Shown here: piece after piece, positions 11,630-21,755 of the stretch | Numbering within the stretch: position 1 is the first letter of the stretch | How the letters are laid out: each line of letters begins with the position of its first letter | Assembly: GCF_021869535.1 (NCBI RefSeq) | Contig: NW_026262734.1 | Coordinates: forward strand, 96,038,001-96,102,000 | Length of the DNA stretch: 64,000 nucleotides | Source: Mytilus californianus | Taxonomy: Eukaryota | Reading direction: 5' to 3' | The notes under the pieces: generated by a model | What the model saw: only the letters and a program-made list of their open reading frames with translations | The model's database searches: none | What the model was told of the DNA's origin: nothing | Position numbers and translations under genes: made by a program

Positions 11630-12115
11630 AGGCCGTTCTTTGGCTGTCCGGGATGTATAAGTACGCATTCACGTTCGGTCATAATATGGACGTTCAGTCC
11701 GATGCCTGGTATAGAGAGAGTGCCATGCAAACTTTCAATCAATCAATCAATTAATCAATCAATCAATCAATCAATCAATCAACCAGCCAACCAATCAATC
11801 AATTAATCTGTTTAATACGGGGTCCAAGACCTCATTTGTTTCTTTTTCGCTTGTTTCAAGAGACCCTATCCCATGTGTTTAATTAGTCAACAAACCAACC
11901 AACAAACCAATCAACCAATCAATCAATGCATGCGTGCATGCATGTATGGATGCATGCATGTGTCGGTCCAATGTGTTCATTACGGGGTACAATATCTCAT
12001 TTGTTTCTTTTTTCTCTTGTTTCAAGAGACCCTATTTCCATGTGTTTAATTAGTCAATCAATCAATCAATATCTCAACAACCAACCAACCAACTTATCAA
12101 TCAATCAATCAAGTT
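11630..12115 (+). repeat. SINE fragment followed by compound (CAAT)n/(ATGC)n microsatellite with a ~165-bp local duplication
   Basis: catttgtttcttttt...gagaccctat...tgtgtttaattagtcaa occurs near 11832 and 11998, separated by CAAT and GCAT arrays. Confidence 0.8.
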
Positions 12116-12566
12116 TCGGAGAAGAAAGACCGTTAACAATTGTTTTTAAAACAACTGATTTATATTCTTTATAAAAGTTTTAAAAAAAGGAAGATATGCA
12201 ATAGTAAACTAAATATTACCCAATGCAAATTCAGATTGCTTTATCGTTAAAGAGAGTATGTGTATAGAATAACATGACTGATAATTATTAAAAACAATTT
12301 TAACTTGATCAAATTGAGTCTGAGTATTGAAAAATTACAACTTTCCCCATTAATTCAAGGATGTATAAAATTAAGGGTCAGGTTCTAATCCAGAAGATAT
12401 ATTTTTTCCTAAATATATCTCAATGACATTTTTCAAATATATTAACATGGCGATGTGTAGTGTTTGTTCTAAGCATAGACATTATACCTGATTTCAAAGG
12501 CCCTTTTTGCCATGGCTTTATACATCGAAATTTCAAAAATGGAAATAGTTGGTGCTTATATTTCAG

Positions 12567-12961
12567 AACATTCTTCTAAAAGAAAAGATTGCCAGAATAT
12601 CCTACAGCAGGCCAAATTCCTTAGAATAGAAAGAACAATGGATGAAAATCATGACGAGGCTGCTCAGATAAATTACAAAGATGACTTATTGAAGGTAGGA
12701 AATATTGTCGCTGTGAGGCCATATACCAAGAGAGATTATAAACCTGGTCGACCATGGATCGCTTCACTCAAGGAGATCGGTACGAGAAATGTCAAGGTTG
12801 TATGGTTGTGTGGAACATATGACACAAAGTGGATTGAGGATCCCATATATTTCCCACATTCGATTCCACGGAAACAAGTAGAATGCAGCTTTGTTTACGA
12901 CTACCAGGAACCGTTACCGGAAGTTATAGTTTCCCGGTTGAAGAAAATATACAAAGACTGA
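12567..12961 (+). CDS. Terminal exon encoding a Tudor/BAH-like beta-barrel domain
   Basis: Acceptor ttatatttcAG at 12565-12566 is phase 1 and in frame with ORF 12512-12961. LKVGNIVAVRP...PWIASLKEI...VKVVWLCGTY is a royal-family/SH3-like strand pattern. Confidence 0.7.
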
Positions 12962-13103
12962 AAACAATATGGGAACGTAGGTGTAAGACTTTTTTTATAC
13001 TACTTTTATATAAAAATATTCAAAGTTATAAAATGTGCTTGTTTTCTTTCCTCGAAAGATGTAAATGTTTTTTTCTTTTCCTCAGTTGGTTCATTTTGGT
13101 TAT

Positions 13104-13830
13104 TGTCTCCCGCGTAACGCTTTGAGGGGGACAAGGAAATACTGGGCTTCCGTCCGTCCGTCCGTCCATCCGTCCGTCCGTCTGTGCGTCCGTGCGTCCT
13201 AACATGTTAGCGCTCTCATGTGTACAACTCTGTGTCAGATTTAAATGAAACTTATATCATAGGTTTCTATCAGCAATGTCATGGACGAGTTAAAAAATCA
13301 GTGCCGATCAATTATTTTTAAAAGAGTTATGACCATTGGACACATTAATTTTGTGGAACATTGTATCGTTAGTGCTCTCATGTGTACATTTCTTGCAAGA
13401 ATTATTTCATGAAACTTATATCATAGGTTTATATAAGCAATGTCTTGGACGAGTTCGAAAATCAGAGCCGATCAATTATTTTTGAGTTTTGCACCTTGGA
13501 ACGATTAATTATATGAAAAATTGCATTATTAGCGCTCTATTGTGAACAATTCTTGCCAGAATTTTAAAAAACTTTAATCTTAAGTTTATAACAGCAATGT
13601 CTTTGACACTTTCGAAAATAATTTCTGATCAAATATTTTAACGAGTTATGCCCCTTGGAAATATTGATTATAATGGAAATCACATTACATTTGCGCTAAA
13701 GCCTTCATTTCTAAGATATGAATAAAATAATTATAGAACAAACAAAAATTATATTTTTTAGTTATTGCCCTTGTACCTTGGACAGATAAATATGAGAAAC
13801 GCGGGGGACATTGGAACTCTGTTCTTTTAT
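13104..13830 (+). mobile_element. Complete HINE element
   Basis: subTIR tgtctcccgcgt (13104) with inverted acgcgggggaca (13799), 5' stem-loop, (GTCC)n at 13150-13195, three ~160-bp units. Confidence 0.85.
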
Positions 13831-14329
13831 ATTTATATAACTATTGTCATTGTAATCATGAACATTATCCGAAACCAATGCACGGTTTTATAAACACTGT
13901 AGCCTAAACCATCCTTACAAACATGTAGGTTGTGTGTTTGAAAACTTTATCGCAGCACTAAAACAAATCATACATTGTAGCACACACATTAGAAATTCAC
14001 TGTATATAAGTCTATAAATTTTAATAATCTATTCAACGTGAAGAAGGTGGGAGGCTGCATCACCAAACTTTACTGCTATGACTTCCTGGTTGTTGTTATC
14101 GTTTAGTGGGTAAATCGGGCAACTATAATGCTAACAATAACAAAGGCATCTAGCATGTATGGATCTCTATTCAAACTCTGATGTCAATACGTCACACTTA
14201 GGTGACGTTACAATGAATAGCGGCAGCGAGAACGTTACGTTTATGCGTTACTTCCAACATACTGGGGGCTGCAAATGAATTACTTTACAATAAATAAAAG
14301 TGATCACAAATTAAATGATAAAAGTTCTG

Positions 14330-15200
14330 AGAAAATAAATTAAAACTTTAAAGTCTCTATGTATTGATTTCGACATTCTTTCGTTTTTGGGCCACTCTCT
14401 TCCCATCGGCTGCATTCTGATCATGGTCAGGGATTTGCAAGCTTCCTCATATTTCATTAGATTTATATATGAGTTTAAAGATGTTTGGATGTGGGTCCTG
14501 GACATGTTTCTTCAGCTTGCTGTGCCATCCCTTTAGATGTGTAGTCCGCGGTCCCTGTGCTGTGTAATGATCCCAAAGGTGAGTGTTCTGTTCGACCCAG
14601 TATGTTGTTACATAGTCTGTTAAGGACGTGTAGTTGATGTTAGTATCAATCTGATCTATGTCGGTTAGGGCATTAAACCACACATCTTCGACCTCAGCAG
14701 AAGGTACTTGTGAAAGGACAGCGGCACGGCGTACTAGTTGATGAATTTTCGGATGTCGACTTCATAGTCGAGGAAGATAGTGGTAGGCTGAAGTTGTAGT
14801 TGGTAGCATACATCTTTGAGTAAAGTCAGGAAACCTTGTGTATACTAGTTCGTTCTTGGCTGGAAGTAAACTGTGTACCAGTGGATACATTGCGCCATCA
14901 ACCATTGCGTGAAATGTGTAAAGTTGGAAGAATAGGCTCGGACAGGAGTAAAATGTACCATCACCATATATGATATTTGCAGCTGCTAAGTGTGTTAGAT
15001 TATTTTGAGTACTGAAGATTAACATACGCCCAACTGTGTTATCGTCTTGTGTTGTCGTCTGTTAGCAGGAATGGGTCACCTTTGGTAGTACGTGCCCAAA
15101 TACCATCTATTGTGATTTCAGCAACAGTTTTTGGTAAAACTATTAGGTTCTTCTTGCGTTTGTTGTATATGGAAATCTTGCAAGATGGGAAAGTTTGTTA
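14330..15200 (-). pseudogene. MULE (Mutator) transposase remnant, internally deleted and frameshifted
   Basis: Minus frames give LIFST...IYGDGTFYSCP..FFQLYTFH...PLVHSLLP.K, TIFLDYE, LVRRAAVL, RTTHLKGWH and HPNIFKLI, the canonical MULE DDE blocks. Confidence 0.9.
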
Positions 15201-15594
15201 TAAAATTATATATCATCAATTTATTTGTTCGGATGACAATTTTTTAAATTTACAAATTCAATGATTATTTAATCTTACTTCTATTTATCTATTTTTAAAG
15301 TATTACAAATAATAAGTGTATTAATTTTTTTTTAAATAATATTATACTTAAACAGTGTAAGAAATATGTTTTCTTTAAAAAAATACAGGTAAATCTTAGG
15401 TGAATTTTTAGTTAACCTTGATTGTTATAAAAACAAATTATTTATCAAAACATCTATTGTTATTTGCATGTGGGAATAGAAGGAATAGTGATTTTTAAAA
15501 AGTGGGAATAGGAGGAAGACACCGCTGATTATTGTGGTTCTTTGATATTCTGAATCGAAACGTTACGTTATCTTTAGGTTTTGGAAATTATACC

Positions 15595-15765
15595 ATAAAA
15601 GGTCCAATTTCAAATTTTTAAGTTCTTAGACCATATTCATTCTGTGTCAAATATTTAATCACAATTCAAATTCAGAGCTGTAGCAAGCTTGGATTTGTGT
15701 CAATACTTGCCCCAACTGTTAAGGGTTCCATCTCTGCTGTCGTATCAAGCTGCGCCCTGCAGGGC
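15595..15765 (+). mobile_element. 3' end of the HINE family seen complete at 57825-59260
   Basis: aaattcagagctgt...acttgccccaactgtt...tctgc(t/g)gtcgtat..gctgc matches 59155-59255. Confidence 0.75.
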
Positions 15766-16129
15766 TTTTTTTTAGGAAAATTTTCTTTTCATTTGGTAAA
15801 ATGTGTAAGGTATTGAGCTGATAATCATGGACCTGTATGGAGAGAAGTTACAAATTAGCTTCGATCTTCATGATCAGACCTACATGTTTGTGTCATTTTT
15901 ACAGTTATTTTTCATGAAAATATTAGTTTTTCATTTAGTTGTTTAGACCCACTTATGAATAAAGGGAGATGTGGTGTCTAAATTAATAGAACAGGGACCC
16001 AGCAAAACACATTTAAAAGTGTAATTGCAATGTCATTCGGAGTTTAGCTGTGTTATAGGTAATCGACAATGATATATGGAATTTGCCATCATTGTCCTTC
16101 TTTGCGCTAAACTATTAACCATGGGCATA

Positions 16130-16284
16130 CCGCTCTCAGCTTTGAAATCAGCCTTTGTATATATTTAGAGTCGATTTCCTGGAAAGATCATAGATAATCT
16201 AAATCTTTCACCAAATTGCATGAAGATCTTTTTATCGTTTAAAATCATTTAAAATGAGAAATATTGGATCTCGAACTACCTTAA
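16130..16284. mobile_element. Solo end of a Kolobok-like element
   Basis: ...gatctcgaactacc|TTAA at 16281-16284 (YY end plus TTAA). The partner end was not found. Confidence 0.35.
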
Positions 16285-17194
16285 GGAGAGAGAGAAGAAA
16301 CTATAAGTCCAATGAAAACAGAGAATACCATGGCAAATCTATGATTCAATATGGATTCAAAATTAAATTGGTGGAACTATGTCGTAAATAAGGATATAAA
16401 ATAAACAACGAATGGAAATTTTTGTCTGGATCATAAATAGACGTAGGTACAAAAACTTTCAAAATAGATGCAACTCGCGTTAATCTAATAAATATACACG
16501 TTTTAAAACGGGTTTTATATTCAATATTCAAATAATTAGAAAGCTGCGACTTACGGAGACGAACCGTTTCCACATTGAAACAATTTATTAGGGTAGAGAA
16601 TATATATGTTCTAGTCCGAACATAGTACATTAAAATTTACAGCCCGATTCTTCCTTGATAATTATCTCATTCAAGTTAGCTCGACCCTCAGTACCACAAC
16701 AGTATAGTATAACAGCGAATGATATAAAAAAGACCGCACTCTATTGATTATATATACTAACAATTTCTGTAGATCTATATCGAGTACAATACATTTGAAA
16801 TAAAGAGATTTAAGAAAAAAATTTAACGGTGACAAAACTGGTATGATTCAACATTGTACAATTTTTATTTCAAATATGGTTGATCAATTGCTTAAAGTTT
16901 CTGAGAAACGGACCTAATTGCCAAAAAAAAAAAATTAACAATGACTATTGAACCATGAAAATGAGGCTAAGGTTAGACAAACCCTGTCAAACCAACATGA
17001 ACACCTAACAATCATTCTTTACACATAATATAGATAGTTTCTATGATACGAATCAATTAGCGAACTTTCACATCGAGCAATTGACCAGGAAAATAGGATA
17101 TAAATCAAAGAAACCATACCAGAAAGGTGTTTCTCTAAAATCTGTTAGTGTTCATACTTTGATGAGTTGACCCTTTTTCAAATGATGTTTATAG

Positions 17195-17562
17195 TGTGTC
17201 CTTAAAGTTTTACGCGTATACACAACTGTCTCATGTTAGGGTGAAGGTTATCGCAAGATAAAACGTTCAGACTCGCTGCATTTGTTTGCACCTGTCTTAA
17301 GTCAGGATCCTGATGTTCAGTGGTTGTCGTTTGTTGATGTGGTTCATAAGTGTTTCTCGTTTTTCGTTTTTATATAGAATAGACCGTTGGTTTTCCTGTT
17401 TGAATGGTTTTACATTAGTCATTTTTGAGGCCATTTATAGCTAGCTGTTCGGTGTGAGCCAAGGCTCCGTGTTGAAGTACGTACTTTGGCCTATAATTGT
17501 TTACTTTTACACATTGTGACTTGGATGGAGAGTTGTCTCATTGGCATTCATACCACATCTTC
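17195..17562 (+). mobile_element. Dispersed repeat family C/E (PLE-like 3' end or SINE-like)
   Basis: Contains the cctgtcttaagtcagga box and the tail tctcattggca(a/t)tcataccacatctt, shared with 23363-23415, 31290-31410, 46265-46410 and 57540-57822. Confidence 0.75.
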
Positions 17563-18324
17563 TTATATCTATATTATACCTGATTACTTTATTATCATAT
17601 TATACAGGATATACAGATCACCTATTCCTTTAAGTCATCTACCATTCGTAACATCGAATATATACTCACCAATAAAAGAAGCCCTTTGAAAAATGAGGCC
17701 AAGCATATCTTTTGACCTGAAAAAAGAAAAAAAACTTTGATGTTCAGTTCCATGGTGATTTATCCCAAACGACCAAGAACTTGACCAATCTCCATTTTTT
17801 ATTTTGTCACCTTTTCACAAAAAATTCTCATTGTCACAACGAAAATTGTGCGTAAACTCGTGGATTAAGTATACTATAGTGCAAAAACAAGAAATTATGA
17901 AACTTCTGTATTTAGGAAGAAAGTTGTGCATTATTTGTGTTGTTGGGCATAGTTGATCTATTACATTTTGTTTAAACACTGTTATTTTAACAAAAAATAT
18001 AAAACAGAATAGGATATACCAAGAGATCTTAAGCGGTAGTTCAGCCATGATCATTGAGTCAAAGACAAAATGATCTTCAGAAAATAAGACATCTGTATAC
18101 CAGATATCGATTATGCAACTCGTTTTCCTTTTGAAATATGAATCTTTGCACAAAAAGCTAAGTTAAAAGCTTTGCTTGTCGTCACATTGCAATCATACAT
18201 ATATATCGCGTATTGCAACATACAGTTGTAGATATTAGATACTATAGTATCGCTCACATTACATGCTGTTTGCTAAAGAAAAAAATCATAAGCACTAAGT
18301 ATGTACTTGCTGGTATTCATATGG

Positions 18325-18672
18325 TTTGTTTTTCTCTATATTGGATAGAGGTATAGGGGAGGGTTGAGATCTCACAAAACATGTTTAACCCCGCCGCATT
18401 TTTGCTCCTGTTCCAAGAAAGGAGCCTCCGGCCTCTGTTAGTCTTGTATGATTTTTAATTTTTAATTTTAGTTCATTTGTATATTTCGGAGTTTAGTATG
18501 ACGTCCATTATCACTGAACTAGTACACATTCTTGTTTAGGCGCCTGCTGAAGCACGCCTCCGGGTGCGGGATTTTCTCGCTGTGTTGGAGTCCCATTGGT
18601 GGCCTTCGGCCGTTTTCTGCTCTTTGGTCGAGTTGTTGTCTCTTTCACACATTCCCCATTTCCATTCTCAAT
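18325..18672 (+). mobile_element. Dispersed repeat family A
   Basis: Reverse complement of 24596-24870 and 34150-34745. Same orientation as 61715-61860. Confidence 0.85.
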
Positions 18673-19016
18673 TCTATAATGCAGTTCCTGTCAGGCAAGA
18701 AGATCGATCCCAAGAAATTACAAAATTCTCATGGCCAATTAATGTATCATTTATTACAATATAATTTAATAATTTATTGAAACTTTTAAATCAATCAAAA
18801 AAAAGAACAACACAGACCTGCTAAAATTCCCGCTTTATGAGGGATATCTTTCAGGAAAGGTGTTGACCTGACCCTTATAAAACTTAATTATTTAGACTCA
18901 ATCCTTTTAAAAGGCCAGTTAAAGGAGTAAAAGATACATTTAAACACATGTATACTCATTCAAAACTTTAGATATTCCAACTTAGTACAATAATGACATG
19001 TAAAGGTAAATAATAG

Positions 19017-19138
19017 TAACTCGTGCATATAAGTTAGTAGCTCATGTGCACAAGTTGTGAAACTCGCGCGAACAAGTTAGTAACTCATGTGCACAAGTTA
19101 AGAAACTCGCGCGAACAAGTTAGTAACTCGTGCACAAA
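19017..19138. repeat. ~21-bp tandem repeat (aactc..gtgcacaagtt / aactcgcgcgaacaagtt)
   Basis: Six alternating units visible directly. Confidence 0.75.
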
Positions 19139-19269
19139 AATAGATATAAACGAAACCTTATAAATTATATAGAGTGAATATATTATGATGGATGTTCAAT
19201 CAAAGTCCTCTTAGTCTAATGGTTGAATGAACACAAAGACATTTCTGTTGAAAGGAGAATATGCTTTCT

Positions 19270-20207
19270 TTTGGTATTCAAGAGCTTGCAGCTGCTACTC
19301 ATACTTTTGTAAAACGTTACCAGTGTCTGAGCAGAAAGTTGATGAATCAGGGGTATGTCAAAGAGCGTCTCGTCCTTTTCTAAACAATTTCATCGGAAGA
19401 TACCAAAACCTTGTTGATAAATATTCGGTATCAACTTCACATGTAATACATGATGGTCTTGAAGTATAGATTCTAGGTACTGGCGTTGTTTATCAACTTT
19501 ATAACGTGTTATAGTATTCTTTTATTTGTCTTTGAAAATTATCACTTTTACTGTTTAGTCCTCTTTTTGGTAATATCCATTTGACGTGGCTCTGTACTTA
19601 TGTATCCCGTCAAAGTTTTATTGTGCTATAGTTTTTTTTTTTTTTTTGTATTCTTGTCTTTCGTGAAAATCCATGTACAAAGTCAGGTATATGGCAGTTG
19701 TTATCTATTCGTTTGATGTGTTTAAGGATGTTCGCTAAGTAAGTACTCTGTTTCAAAATAACAAGCTTTTTAAAAGACTGTTATAAATTGATAGTATATC
19801 AATAACGGAACAAAAAACCAGAAAAAAATTAAGGGTCCATGTGCTTGTTTTCGAGATATAAGCCATTAAAAATTTGGCGGGAAATGATTCTCTCTAGACT
19901 TTTCTTACATTTAACATTGGTACCTTTTCTCTTTCAAAAACTATGAAAAATTAACAAGGATTTTATAAGATTTTTAAATATGGCTTTTCAAACTTTATGT
20001 TATAATATTATGAAAAGAAAAGTAGCGGTAAGCGGGCAAACAATTTTAATGGCACTACATGGATAAAACCAGAGGATTCCGAATATCTGGCAAGAATTCA
20101 AAAACAAGAGAAGCGAACATCCTTAAGCTTTTGATTTTGTCATTTAATTATGGACTTTCCGTTTTGAATTTTCCTCGGAGTTCCGTATTTTTGTTATTTT
20201 ACTTTTT
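19270..20207 (+). mobile_element. 5'-truncated Penelope-like (Naiad-type) retroelement: RT thumb, stop, 3' UTR
   Basis: After fixing two compensating 1-nt indels it reads YSRACSCYSYFVKRYQCLSRKLMNQGYVKERLVLFL..FIGRYQNLVDKYSVSTSHVIHDGLEV*. The 3' UTR ends in family-B sequence and a T-rich tail. Confidence 0.8.
19726..20122 (+). mobile_element. Kolobok-like MITE, copy 1
   Basis: TIR ggatgttcgct / agcgaacatcc, TTAA at 19722-19725 and 20123-20126. Inserted into the PLE 3' end, whose sequence resumes on the other side. Confidence 0.9.
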
Positions 20208-20469
20208 AGTTTGCTTACAGTAGAAACAATAAACATTTAATGTTAATTGAATAACAGTTTAGAAATTTCGTGCGTTTGAAAAAGAGAGGCGAAGGATATC
20301 AAAGGAACATTCAAAATCATAAGTCGATAACAAAATGACAACGCCATGGCTAAAACGTAAAATACAAACATACAACAGCACAACATTATACAAAACACAA
20401 CATAGGAAAACCATAGATTGAGCAACAGAAACCATTTTTTCTTGACTCACCTCATCAAGAACTCCTTAA

Positions 20470-20844
20470 TGATGTTTGCTACTCTTGTTTTTGAATATTG
20501 CCCGATTTTCGGAATTCTCTGGTTTTATCCTTGTATTGCCATTAAAAACTTTTGCCCGCTAACTCCTACTTTTATTTTCATAATTTTATAACATATAGTT
20601 TAACATGCCATATTTGAAAATCTTATAAAATCCTTGTTATTTTTTCATAGTATTTGAAACAAAAAAGTGGCCAATGTTAAAACTATGAAAACATATCCCG
20701 CCAAATTTTCAATGGCTTATATCTCGAAAACAAACACATGGACCCTTCATTTTTTCTGCTTTTTTAGTTCCTTTATTTATAAACTTTCATTTTAGAAAAG
20801 TCTTTTAAAAAGCTTATTATTTTGAAACAGAGTAGCGAACATCC
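20470..20844 (-). mobile_element. Kolobok-like MITE, copy 2 (inverted)
   Basis: TTAA at 20466-20469 and 20845-20848. The interior is the reverse complement of copy 1. Confidence 0.85.
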
Positions 20845-21349
20845 TTAACCTTAACATTCTTTGGGGAAGCTATGGATATTTGACAGGATATATATATATT
20901 TGGCAACCGAAACCGAATAGTCAAATCCATCCAGGGTCAACTTTCCATGAGGGGTGGAAATCTTCGTTCTGTTGTTATTTATCAGTTGTAACTTATAATT
21001 CGATCAACTTTAAACAATAGGGAGTTTAAAGCTTTCCTGTTGAAATATTTGCCTTGATTTAACTCTGGAGGATATTTACTGAATGATAGGAATTAGCCAC
21101 TGGAATAATTAGCAGCTATTTAAGCATCTTTATAAATCATAAGGACAAGTAAATTATATCTAATATACTTTTCTATAAAAAATATCTGAATTTAGCAGAT
21201 ATCAGTATTTTTTAAGATGCGTTGTAAACCGCAGTCATCAGGTCTTTTTCAAGATTTTAGACTTTGTTTTTGTTAAAAAAAAATATATAGAAGTAGGGTA
21301 TATGTATATTTTTATGTTATTCATAGGAGCATGCAACTTTTTTATCAAT

Positions 21350-21755
21350 AATAGGTACATGTATAAGTGCTGCTTATTGTACTTCCAGTCTTTTTTGTGT
21401 TTACTTTGTAATTGCTGTGCTTTAATGTTTAAGCTGCTGCTTTAATGCTACTTATAGGTTCGTGCTCATACATTTTTATAATGTATAATTAATTTAGTTC
21501 TGCCGTACTTTACTGTGCATTAAATATGTGTTTTATGTGTTTTATCCTTTAATATCGGTATTGTGTAGGTTTATTGTGTAAATGTATGTAATTGTCGTTT
21601 ATCATAGTAAAGCTCCTGTTTTGTGTGTGTTTAATTTTGATGTTGTGTTTGTGTTACCTTATATTCGGTAAAAAGCTCTTAAGAGCTTATGTTTGTATTG
21701 TTATATGTGAACCGAATCAAAATAAAACTTTCGTATTCGTATTCGTATTCGTATG
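21350..21755 (+). mobile_element. LINE 3' UTR with microsatellite tail
   Basis: T-rich tract ending in AATAAA-ACTT-(TCGTAT)4 at 21721-21754. Confidence 0.45.

Noticed and set aside
12512-12566. ATG 12512 as the start of a stand-alone 149-aa gene
   Set aside because: A good phase-1 acceptor at 12565-12566 links it to upstream exons. A stand-alone start cannot be excluded but is less parsimonious.
14231-15569. 11-bp direct repeat aacgttacgtt flanking the MULE remnant as its TSD
   Set aside because: No terminal inverted repeats inside the repeats, and the motif is quasi-palindromic.
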